Of a stretch of 44,581 nt of DNA, positions 8,879 to 17,225 are shown in pieces. Each line of letters begins with the position of its first letter. Position 1 is the stretch's first letter. The notes under the pieces were generated by a model. That model did not search any database. It saw only the letters and a list, made by a program, of their open reading frames with translations, and was not told the origin of the DNA. Location: sequence record PZ445532.1. One strand, written 5' to 3'. A program made the translations under genes and the position numbers. The DNA is from a phage.

Positions 8879-9472
8879 GTGGCTGAAGTCTACTCATTCG
8901 CCGCCACTATTGCTACGTGGGTGGATAAGACGAAGGAGAACAACGACAAGGCGGTGCGGGCGTACGGTATGCAAATACTCGGACGCCTGATCGAGATCTC
9001 CCCGGTGGGGGATCCCCGCCGGTGGAAAATTAACAGGGCTTACGCGCTTGCCCGCCAGCACGCAAACAAGGTGAACGCCGCACAGCGTCGCAAGAATGGT
9101 GGCAAACTGAAGCGCGGGCAGAAGAAGCACGCCAGCGTGCTGGTATCATTCAAGACTAAAAACGGCAATGTGACATTCCGCCAGCGTGGCTGGGCCGCGA
9201 AGAATTACACCGGCGGACGCTTCCGGGGAAACTGGCAGGTTACGTTCGACCGACCGGCGGTTGGCGCTATAGACCGCGTGGACAAGGCCGGAACGGCAAC
9301 ATTAGCCGCGGGGCGTGAAGTGCTGGCGCATTACGATTCCAGTGAATACGGGTCGATCTGGTTTACTAACAACGTGCCATACGCGCAGCGACTTGAGTAT
9401 GGCTGGAGTAAACAAGCGCCCGCGGGGATTGTTCGCGTCGTAGCGGCAGAAATTAATTCGAAGGTGAAATAA
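8879..9472 (+). CDS. structural protein, possible neck / head-tail joining protein
   Basis: 197-aa ORF with GTG start, tightly packed in the head-to-tail joining region. Confidence 0.5.
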   Translation: MAEVYSFAATIATWVDKTKENNDKAVRAYGMQILGRLIEISPVGDPRRWKINRAYALARQHANKVNAAQRRKNGGKLKRGQKKHASVLVSFKTKNGNVTFRQRGWAAKNYTGGRFRGNWQVTFDRPAVGAIDRVDKAGTATLAAGREVLAHYDSSEYGSIWFTNNVPYAQRLEYGWSKQAPAGIVRVVAAEINSKVK

Positions 9473-9894
9473 TGAGCAATACCGCAATCCGCAAAGCGCT
9501 TAACAGCGTGGTTGATGAGTTATCGGCAAGCCTGAGCACAAGCCAGCGTCCGATTAGGGTTAACTGGGAGAACGTGAGCGGCGACCACGCAAACGGCAGC
9601 GGTGTCTACCTGGAGCCGTACCTGCTACCGGCCCCGACCCAGTTTGTGGGCTTACAGCAGAAGGGCCGGATCTATGCTGGCGTATATCAAGTTGCCGTGG
9701 TGTTCCCGGCTGGCACTGGCACACAGTACGCGAGCGAACTGGCGGACGCCATCGCTACGTCGGATAAGTGGTCGGCGGTGAAGATTTCCGGCGCGTCATT
9801 TCAGCTTCAGGACGCGCCATACACCAGTTCAGTGATTGAAGACGTTGATCGCGCCCGCATCGTGGTTACAGTCCCCTACACCTGTGGCGCCTGA
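9472..9894 (+). CDS. structural protein, possible tail completion/terminator protein
   Basis: 140-aa ORF. Its ATG overlaps the upstream stop (translational coupling). Confidence 0.5.
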   Translation: MSNTAIRKALNSVVDELSASLSTSQRPIRVNWENVSGDHANGSGVYLEPYLLPAPTQFVGLQQKGRIYAGVYQVAVVFPAGTGTQYASELADAIATSDKWSAVKISGASFQLQDAPYTSSVIEDVDRARIVVTVPYTCGA

Positions 9895-9955
9895 TTTGGC
9901 GCAATTCTGCGCGTGCTGTATCATTAAACCGTATATCTAAACAGGAGCTTTCATT

Positions 9956-10681
9956 ATGGGTTATCAACTTCCTAACGGATCAAGCGTCCAGATTGGGTCC
10001 GTACTGGGCAACGGCATCGCTGTTACGGCAGCTACCAACGCCGCCGCGTCGATCTCTGATCTTACGAAAGGTTGCGTTATCACCTGCGCGGCTTCTCATG
10101 GCCTGCGAGTTGGTGACGTGGTTATGTTCACTAAAACCCCGTGGGTCCGTGCGTTGAACCGCGCGTTTATCGTGGGTAAAGTGGCGACTAACGACGTTAC
10201 ACTGGCGCGCTTCGATACTAAAGACGTCACCAAATACCCTACCGGCGCTTTCAGCGTAGGCACACCGGGTGAGGTGGTGAAGGTGTCGAGCTTTGTCGAC
10301 TTCCCGTATATCACTAACGTTGCTGTGTCGGGTGGCGATCAGCAGACTACTACCTTCCAGCCGTTGCAGGTGAATACCGCGATTAGTCTGAACACCACGA
10401 AAAACCCGTTGGTCCAGACCTACACTTTCACCCACGACGAAGAAGACCCGATCCGCCCGATTCTGGAAGACCTGGACGACACACAGAAAACCACTGTGAT
10501 TAAGTTCACTAACCCGGCAGCGGCGAGCGGCAAAGGTGAGATCCGCATTTACCCGGCTAAGGTGTCTTTCCGGAAGATTCCATCGTCTGAAGTAAACAAC
10601 GTGGAAACGGTGGAGTCCACTCTGACCATGCAGTCTGATATGGTTATCTACCGTAAGGATCTGGTCGAGGCATTGTCTTGA
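9956..10681 (+). CDS. major tail (tube) protein
   Basis: 241-aa ORF followed by a strong terminator and then the chaperone and tape-measure genes. Candidate promoter upstream (TTGGCG-17-TATCAT, about 9901..9930). Confidence 0.65.
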   Translation: MGYQLPNGSSVQIGSVLGNGIAVTAATNAAASISDLTKGCVITCAASHGLRVGDVVMFTKTPWVRALNRAFIVGKVATNDVTLARFDTKDVTKYPTGAFSVGTPGEVVKVSSFVDFPYITNVAVSGGDQQTTTFQPLQVNTAISLNTTKNPLVQTYTFTHDEEDPIRPILEDLDDTQKTTVIKFTNPAAASGKGEIRIYPAKVSFRKIPSSEVNNVETVESTLTMQSDMVIYRKDLVEALS

Positions 10682-10711
10682 TTTGGTCGCTTAAATAGCG
10701 AGTGATAATAT

Positions 10712-10734
10712 GGGGCCAGCACGGCCCCTTTTTT
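10712..10734 (+). terminator. rho-independent terminator
   Basis: GGGGCC-AGCAC-GGCCCC followed by TTTTTT. Confidence 0.8.
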
Positions 10735-10735
10735 A

Positions 10736-11113
10736 TTGGAGAATACTACAATGGCTAAAGCACCACTCTTTACACTTGACCCTAAGCCTACCTTTAAGCT
10801 GCCGATTGAGATCCCGCGCCCAGGCGAAAACGAACCGGGCAAAATGACGTTTACCGTGCGCCACCGTCCGATCGACGAGTTTTCGCAGACCATGCAGGAT
10901 ACTGAGCGCAAGCTGTCGGAATATGACGACAACGACCCGGAAGGCTTTAACGTTATGGTCGAGGCCATAATGCACGTCGCTGAAGGCTGGAATCTGCCAG
11001 ATGAATTTAACGCGGAGAACGTCCGCCGCCTGGTGGTTAACTACCCTCGAGCGTTCGGTGTGTTCCACACGTCGTACTATCTCGAATTGATGGGGTTGCG
11101 TGAAAAAAACTAA
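10736..11113 (+). CDS. tail assembly chaperone (gpG-like)
   Basis: 125-aa acidic ORF two genes upstream of the tape measure. Ends REKN* on the slippery run GAAAAAAAC. Confidence 0.7.
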   Translation: MENTTMAKAPLFTLDPKPTFKLPIEIPRPGENEPGKMTFTVRHRPIDEFSQTMQDTERKLSEYDDNDPEGFNVMVEAIMHVAEGWNLPDEFNAENVRRLVVNYPRAFGVFHTSYYLELMGLREKN

Positions 11114-11427
11114 TTGAGGCGGCGCGACGCTTTTATGGCCCGCCGCCACCCTCCGAAGATTTAGCCGCGAGTTTATGGGGAGCGACCCCTGAAGACGTTT
11201 GCCCCCCGGTTGCACTATGGCCCGACAACGCGAAGGTAGTCGCAGTCTTCACAGATTGCTCCACGCAATGGCGCACCGGATTCGGTGGCGCATACGGCAT
11301 CGACTACGGCGTACTGGAATGGCTATTTAAGATGCACGGCATCGAAAACGCACAACGTGCGTTTAAAGATATCAAGCTAATGGAACGCGTTGCGCTGGAT
11401 GAAATGGCGCGGCAGAACCCCGCATAA
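10736..11427 (+). CDS. tail assembly chaperone, -1 frameshift fusion product (gpGT-like)
   Basis: Heptamer A_AAA_AAC at 11104..11110 sits just before the zero-frame stop. The -1 frame is open for 108 codons (LIEAARRFYGPPPP...ARQNPA*) to 11427 and has no start codon of its own. Confidence 0.6.
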
Positions 11428-11429
11428 CG

Positions 11430-11742
11430 AAGCGGGACAGGCGGGACGTCCCGTTTTGTCCCGCACCTCTAAAACTGCATATTTACCCACTTACATTGCA
11501 TAAATTAAAAGCGGGACAGGGTGCTGTCCCGATCTATCCCACCCTCAAAATGTGAATATCTATTCTGTTTTCGTGCATAAAGTAAGCGGGACAAAAAGCG
11601 GGACAAACAGGAGGCGGGACAAAGCGGGACAGCACCCTGTCCCCGCCAGTGCTGCCGCGGGTTTTAGCCGATCGGGACAGGCGGGACAAAGCCCAGTCTT
11701 TCAGACTAGACGGGGGTCAATGGCCCCCCTCGTCTGAGACTG
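11430..11742. repeat. non-coding module: GCGGGACA(G) repeat array, inverted repeats and 51-bp conserved hairpin element (copy A)
   Basis: At least 8 copies of GCGGGACA in a 380-bp gap, several paired with CTGTCCC as hairpins. Ends with a 51-bp sequence (11692..11742) identical to 39840..39890. Confidence 0.85.
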
Positions 11743-11810
11743 AATAAGGTTTGTTTTAAATTCGCTGATACAATAACCGACGGCAACTGCATAAAAAGGG
11801 GGACTGCATA

Positions 11811-14453
11811 ATGGCAGATCAGGCAGCGGGCATCACGCTCAAGGCGGATGTTGCACAAATCAGAACGGCGAATACTGTACTTGATTCATTCGCACAGAAA
11901 TCTGAGAACACAGAACAGAAAGTAAAGAAATTAAACGACACCCTCGGCAAGTCGAAAAAGGTTACTGGCGACGCCGCGGGCGGAATGGAAAAGTTAGCGA
12001 CTGAATCGCAGCGTGCCGCCGATGGCATGACGAAACAAGAGCGACTCGCCAGCCGACTAGGCATGTCAACCAAAAACCTGGGATTCGCATCGCGGAACGC
12101 GGCATTCCAGTTACAGGATATCGCGGTTACGCTTGAGATGGGTATGCCGGTGCACCGCGTTATGCTTCAGCAGCTACCACAGCTAACCGGCGCATTTGGC
12201 GGACTGGGTAACACGCTGCGATATGTTGCAGGCTTCCTCGGCCCAGTAGGGATCGGACTTGCTGCCGTAACGGCGACGTTAGGCGTGGGTGTGGCAATTA
12301 CGTCACGGGCAGAGAACCAAGTAGCCGCGCTTAATAAGACGCTGGCGCTGTCCGGTAATATCTCCGGCCTCACAGCTAACCAGATCCTGGTGCTGTCCGA
12401 GAACGCCGAGCGCATGGGCGGGTCTTTTCGCAAGACGCGTGACACAATCCAGGCACTGGCGGCGGCTGGTGTGAAAGCGGGTGGTGACTTCGGCGCATTG
12501 GCTAAGGTAGTTAATGACTTTGCGAAGGTGTCCAGCCAGCCGATCGAGGATGTGGTGGCGGCGGTGGCTAAGCTGTCAACCGACCCCGTTGGCGGACTGC
12601 GTGCGCTGGCGGATAAGTATCACGTCGTAAACGAAGCGCAGATCCAGCAGGTACAGTCGCTCGTTGATGCGGGTCGTGAGACAGACGCAGTTGCGTTGGC
12701 TAACAAAACAGCCGCTGCGTCGTTCACCAGCATGACCAATGAAATCAAGTCCAACATGGGTACGCTTGAGCGGTCGATGAACGTCGTCACATCGGCAGCT
12801 AAATCTATGTGGGATGCAATCCTGGATGTGGGCCGCGCGCAGTCCTCGAATGAGTCAGAGATGAAAGCGCGTGAGTCATTGCAGCGCATGACCACGGCTT
12901 ATTATGCCGAGATGAAAGCGGTAAACGCTGCCGGTGGGGTAATGACTGAAGCGCAGAAAGCACGTATTAACATGCTTTACAGCGAACTGGTCGCCCAGGA
13001 AAAAGTGGTGGCGTCGCTCACCCTGCGCAACCGCGCCGAGCGTGACAACGCCCGCGCCGCGGATGAATCAGCAAAGGCGAACGAGGAGGCCAACCGCACT
13101 GCCCGTGACCGCGCCGCGTTCGAGAAGGAATACGCCACCAACGCTAAGAAGCGCGCCGACGAGATCGCCCGCCTCAATTTGCTGAATAAGCGCGGCGTTA
13201 TTGATGAGAAAGAACTAGCCGAGGCGGTTAAGCAGGTCAACGAGCGCTACAAAGACCCCGCCCCGAAGAAGGCCGCGGCTGTTCGCGTGGATGCCGGTAT
13301 GAAAATGCTGGAAGTCGCACGGAGCGAACTGGCCCAGCTTCGAGAATCCGGCAAGCAGATCGAAGCCAACGCGTCTACGCAGACCCGCACGCAACGCGCT
13401 CAAGCGGCCTTAAACAAGCTGATCGCCGACAATGAGCAGTTAATCGCTGCGAGCAAAGAAAGAGCGCTAACGGCAGCAGAAAAGCAGCAATTAGTCGAGT
13501 TCGGGCGCGTGAAGGAAGTCCGCGAGCAGATCGTCGAAGAAGCCAAATTGCTGGATGCGAAAGAGCAGCAGGTTAAGGCGCACGCGCAGATCGATGCCTT
13601 CGTTAAGAACCAGAACGCCGAACTAAAAGCCACCGCCGCGGGGTATGCGCTTTCCACTCGCGAAGCGGCAAACCTGCGCGAAGAATTGCAGCTAATTGAC
13701 CGCCTGAAGCGGGTTGGCGCTAACGATACCGATATTGACAAGGCGGTGTCTAAGCTGCGCGAAGTGCAGGAAGCACAGACCGGCGCTAACGCCTCGCTAT
13801 GGGATGGCTTCAGCCGCGGGCTTAAGGATAGCGTGGATGAAATGGGTAACGGATATACGCAGATGGCGACGCTAACGAAATTCACGTTCAGCGCTATGCA
13901 AGACACGATGAACGAGTTTTTCGAGACTGGCAAGCTGAACGCAAAGGATATGGTTAAATCCATCCTGAGCGAACTAATCAAGCTGGCTACCTCGCAGGCG
14001 TTCAAGTCCATCGTTAGCGCTTTCGGTGGCGACGGCGGCAAAAACGGATTGTTCGGCGCTATCTTCTCTGGCCTCACTAAGAATGCGGACGGCGGAGCGT
14101 ACGCAGGAGGCAATCTCGCGGCCTATTCGGGTAAAGTGGTAAGCCAGCCTACCTTTTTCAGTTATGGCGTCCAGGCGTTCGCTAAGGGCGCAGGATTGAT
14201 GGGGGAGGCCGGACCCGAGGCCATCATGCCACTGAAGCGCGGGCCGGACGGGAAACTGGGCGTTGCCGCGTCTGGCGCAGGTGGTGGTATGGTCGTGACG
14301 ACTAACGTTTACACGGGGACCGGTAAAACGGATACCAGTGTCAGCGGGCCGGACCCCCGTACTGCGCAGGCGTTCGGCAAGCAAATCACCGAGGCGGTGA
14401 AATCCGAGATCGTGAAGGCGACGAAACCGGGTGGTGTACTTTACAAACGATGA
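11811..14453 (+). CDS. tail tape measure protein
   Basis: 880-aa ORF, Ala/Gln/Lys-rich with long predicted helical segments and a glycine-rich C-terminal part. Canonical position. Confidence 0.9.
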   Translation: MADQAAGITLKADVAQIRTANTVLDSFAQKSENTEQKVKKLNDTLGKSKKVTGDAAGGMEKLATESQRAADGMTKQERLASRLGMSTKNLGFASRNAAFQLQDIAVTLEMGMPVHRVMLQQLPQLTGAFGGLGNTLRYVAGFLGPVGIGLAAVTATLGVGVAITSRAENQVAALNKTLALSGNISGLTANQILVLSENAERMGGSFRKTRDTIQALAAAGVKAGGDFGALAKVVNDFAKVSSQPIEDVVAAVAKLSTDPVGGLRALADKYHVVNEAQIQQVQSLVDAGRETDAVALANKTAAASFTSMTNEIKSNMGTLERSMNVVTSAAKSMWDAILDVGRAQSSNESEMKARESLQRMTTAYYAEMKAVNAAGGVMTEAQKARINMLYSELVAQEKVVASLTLRNRAERDNARAADESAKANEEANRTARDRAAFEKEYATNAKKRADEIARLNLLNKRGVIDEKELAEAVKQVNERYKDPAPKKAAAVRVDAGMKMLEVARSELAQLRESGKQIEANASTQTRTQRAQAALNKLIADNEQLIAASKERALTAAEKQQLVEFGRVKEVREQIVEEAKLLDAKEQQVKAHAQIDAFVKNQNAELKATAAGYALSTREAANLREELQLIDRLKRVGANDTDIDKAVSKLREVQEAQTGANASLWDGFSRGLKDSVDEMGNGYTQMATLTKFTFSAMQDTMNEFFETGKLNAKDMVKSILSELIKLATSQAFKSIVSAFGGDGGKNGLFGAIFSGLTKNADGGAYAGGNLAAYSGKVVSQPTFFSYGVQAFAKGAGLMGEAGPEAIMPLKRGPDGKLGVAASGAGGGMVVTTNVYTGTGKTDTSVSGPDPRTAQAFGKQITEAVKSEIVKATKPGGVLYKR

Positions 14454-14460
14454 TAAAATG

Positions 14461-14489
14461 GCCCTCACATCCATCGTGGGGGCTTTTTT
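14461..14489 (+). terminator. putative terminator/attenuator
   Basis: GCCCTCAC-ATCCATC-GTGGGGGC (one mismatch) followed by TTTTTT immediately before the next ATG. Confidence 0.45.
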
Positions 14490-15089
14490 ATGTCACAAGG
14501 TACAATCACATTAACTAAGGGGAGTAAGACCGTTACGGGCGTGGGGACGGCGTTCCTTAGCGAGATCGGGAAGGTACGTGTATTCACCCGCATCGACGGC
14601 AACGACTACACCGGCAAAATTGCAGCATTCAACTCGAACACGGTCATTACACTGAAAGATAACTGGGCCGGTCCGACGAAATCCGGTGCGGCATATGAGC
14701 TAATCGAAGCACACGACCCGCGATCAAACGAATGGCCCTATTACTGGCACATGCAATTGCAGGGCGGTGGCGACGTGCAGTTGGCTTTCCGGTCCGAGGA
14801 ATTGCAATTCGGTAATGGCTACGGGCAGAACATCGCGGACGGCCCGAACGCCGAAACGAAACAATTCCCCGTGCAATTCGTCGGGCTAACTACTGATAAG
14901 TGGTGCGACCCCAAACTGGTTTATAACTTCCTTCGCGGGCACTTCGTCAAGCCGTTTGTCGTCACCGCGCCGGATGGCGAAACAGGTTTATTCGTGGTCG
15001 AGCGTTCGAGCTTGTCATACACGGACAACGGGCACTACACGGCAACGGTATCCGCCACCCTGAAAACTGCTATTGGATTCGTAAGATGA
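14490..15089 (+). CDS. minor tail protein (gpM position; shares N-terminal motif with side tail fiber)
   Basis: 199-aa ORF. N-terminus TLTKGSKTVTGVGTAF resembles the N-terminus of the 21974 tail fiber (SVTNNSKAVVGVGTTF). Confidence 0.55.
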   Translation: MSQGTITLTKGSKTVTGVGTAFLSEIGKVRVFTRIDGNDYTGKIAAFNSNTVITLKDNWAGPTKSGAAYELIEAHDPRSNEWPYYWHMQLQGGGDVQLAFRSEELQFGNGYGQNIADGPNAETKQFPVQFVGLTTDKWCDPKLVYNFLRGHFVKPFVVTAPDGETGLFVVERSSLSYTDNGHYTATVSATLKTAIGFVR

Positions 15090-15874
15090 ATAAACTCTAT
15101 CGTGAAGCGACGCGCTTTGACCCCTCTGGACGCGTTCGCCTGATTCACATTGACGCGCAGGACGTGGAACCCGGAGACGGCGCGATCGGCGCGGGCCACC
15201 ACTATTTTCATTACTGCTTCATCCCACACACTGCGGAGGATATCGCTGCCGCGGGTGGTGACGAGGATAAGCTAAAACCCAAATCAATCTTCTTCGGTGG
15301 GCAGGAGTTCGAATTTTGGCCCTTCGATTTGTCCGGCCTTAACTTTTCCACATCGACGGCAGCAGAACCGCAACTAACAATCGTCGATATTGGCGGCATA
15401 ATAACCCGGCTGTCACTGAATCACGACCAGCTACTGGGCGCGAAGGTTGAAATAATCGACACATTCGCGAAGTTCCTGGACAACGGGTCAGATCCAGACC
15501 CGACGCAGAAACGAGTTCAGGAGTATTACATCGACTCGCAGGTCGGGCGCAATCCAGGCAAGCAAATCACCTTCGCACTATCCTCCCCCGCGGATATGGA
15601 AGGGCAGGTCGTCCCCCGTCGCCAAATCATGAATATGTGCGAATGGGCGCTCAACGGGAAGTACGCCAGCGGGGACGGATGCACTTGGAACCGTGCGAAG
15701 CCTGGGATCAAGTATTACGACGAGCGAGGTAATGAAGTCATTGCGATGAATATGGACCGATGCGGCGGATGTTTGTCCGACTGCTATCTTCGTTTTGGGC
15801 AAGGGCTTGCGGACCCTAAAGCGGCGGTGCTGGACTTCGGCGGCTTTCCGGGGTCCAGATTAATTAAGGGGTAG
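15086..15874 (+). CDS. minor tail protein (lambda gpL-like)
   Basis: 262-aa ORF; cysteine cluster CGGCLSDC near the C-terminus. Gene order M-L-K-I-J. Confidence 0.6.
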   Translation: MNKLYREATRFDPSGRVRLIHIDAQDVEPGDGAIGAGHHYFHYCFIPHTAEDIAAAGGDEDKLKPKSIFFGGQEFEFWPFDLSGLNFSTSTAAEPQLTIVDIGGIITRLSLNHDQLLGAKVEIIDTFAKFLDNGSDPDPTQKRVQEYYIDSQVGRNPGKQITFALSSPADMEGQVVPRRQIMNMCEWALNGKYASGDGCTWNRAKPGIKYYDERGNEVIAMNMDRCGGCLSDCYLRFGQGLADPKAAVLDFGGFPGSRLIKG

Positions 15875-15876
15875 TT

Positions 15877-16617
15877 ATGTTAACGAAGAAGGTTAAAAGC
15901 GATATCGCCGCACACGTCGCGGCCTGTCTGCCGGAAGAAGCCTGTGGCCTGGTTGTCATGGCGGGTCGCAAGCAAGTGTTCGTCCCATGTATGAACGTAT
16001 TCGAAGACCCTACCGGCGTGCGCTCACGCAAAGACGCGTTTACCATTAGCGACACAGCCTGGATGGATGCCGAGGATATGGGCGACGTCGTTCGCGTAGT
16101 CCACTCACACCCGGGTCAGCGCGAGTTAACCCCCTCACTGGGCGACGTTAACGGATGCAACGGCAGCGGCGTCGTCTGGACCATCACTAACGAATATGGC
16201 GACTTTATCGAGATAGACCCGGAAGACCCGCCGCTGGTAGGCCGCCGATTTGTTCTCGGAATTACGGATTGTTATGGCCTCGTCATGGACTGGCACAAAA
16301 AGCAGGGAGTAAATTTGCCAGACTTCCGCGTGCCGTATAACTGGTGGGAGACAGGCGAAAATCTGTATATGGATAATTGGTACGGTGCTGGCTTCAGGGA
16401 ATGCGAGGAGAATACGCCGGGGGCGATGGTTATCATGCAGATCAGCGCGCCAGTACCTAACCATGCCGGGATATTCCTTCCGGGCAACCAACTACTCCAC
16501 CATATCTACGGCAGCCTGTCGAGCGTGATACCCTTCCGGTCAGGATTTTTCCGGGACAATGTGGTTAAATGGGTACGTCATAAAGACCTACCGGGGAATA
16601 TAACAGAATGGCAATGA
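15877..16617 (+). CDS. tail assembly protein (lambda gpK-like, JAMM/MPN plus NlpC/P60)
   Basis: EEACG...HSHPGQRELTPSLGD matches the JAMM motif (E, HxH, S, D). Downstream Cys/His region DCYGLV...H is consistent with NlpC/P60. Confidence 0.75.
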   Translation: MLTKKVKSDIAAHVAACLPEEACGLVVMAGRKQVFVPCMNVFEDPTGVRSRKDAFTISDTAWMDAEDMGDVVRVVHSHPGQRELTPSLGDVNGCNGSGVVWTITNEYGDFIEIDPEDPPLVGRRFVLGITDCYGLVMDWHKKQGVNLPDFRVPYNWWETGENLYMDNWYGAGFRECEENTPGAMVIMQISAPVPNHAGIFLPGNQLLHHIYGSLSSVIPFRSGFFRDNVVKWVRHKDLPGNITEWQ

Positions 16618-17225
16618 CCACATTTAAATTATACGGCGTTTTAGGGCGTCGATTCGGTAAAGTGCATAAGCTGGACTGCTTCACTCCGGGCGAGGGTATC
16701 ACCGGCCTGTGCGTGAAGTTACCCGGCTTACAGGACTTTCTAATGTCGGCCCACCTGAACAATATGATGTTCAAGGTGCGCAAAGGCGACCACACGATGA
16801 CCGGCTATGATGAGCTGGGCGAGTTCCACGGCAACCGCGTAGTTACCATCGCGCCGGTTATGACGGGCGCAAAAAGAGGGTTGGGACAATTGCTGGCGGG
16901 TGTCGCGATCGTTGTGGCGTCGTTCTATACGGGCGGACTTGCTACTGCCGCTTTCGGGGCTTCGGCGGCGACCGCTGCCGCTATCGGGACGGCGACGTTT
17001 TCGTTCGGGATGTCGATGGCGCTGGGTGGCGTTATGCAATTGCTGTCGCCACAACCGAAAGGATTGCAGACAAGGCAGGACGTGGATAACAAGGCGTCGT
17101 ATGCGTTCGGCGGGCCTGTAAACACGACCGCGCAAGGTACAGCACTTGGTGTATTATGGGGTGAGCGTGAGATCGGCGGCGCTATTATTTCAGCCGGAAT
17201 CGTAACCGAGGACTTGAACGAATGA
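16608..17225 (+). CDS. tail assembly protein (lambda gpI-like)
   Basis: 205-aa ORF with a hydrophobic Gly/Ala-rich C-terminal half, between the K-like and J-like genes. Confidence 0.6.
   Translation: MAMTTFKLYGVLGRRFGKVHKLDCFTPGEGITGLCVKLPGLQDFLMSAHLNNMMFKVRKGDHTMTGYDELGEFHGNRVVTIAPVMTGAKRGLGQLLAGVAIVVASFYTGGLATAAFGASAATAAAIGTATFSFGMSMALGGVMQLLSPQPKGLQTRQDVDNKASYAFGGPVNTTAQGTALGVLWGEREIGGAIISAGIVTEDLNE

Noticed and set aside
11552-11737. 61-aa plus-strand ORF in the ORF track
   Set aside because: It lies wholly within the GCGGGACA repeat array. Its C-terminus (QSPVFQTRRGSMAPLV) is shared with ORF 39631..39885 only because the underlying 51-bp DNA element is duplicated. No RBS, and the composition is dictated by the repeat.
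11430-11742. GCGGGACA repeat arrays as a CRISPR array
   Set aside because: Repeat units are only 8-10 bp, the spacing is irregular (1-6 bp) and there are no uniform spacers. This is not a CRISPR array.
13400-14113. 237-aa minus-strand ORF
   Set aside because: Antisense to the tape measure gene. Ser/Ala/Leu-rich low-complexity sequence with no motif.
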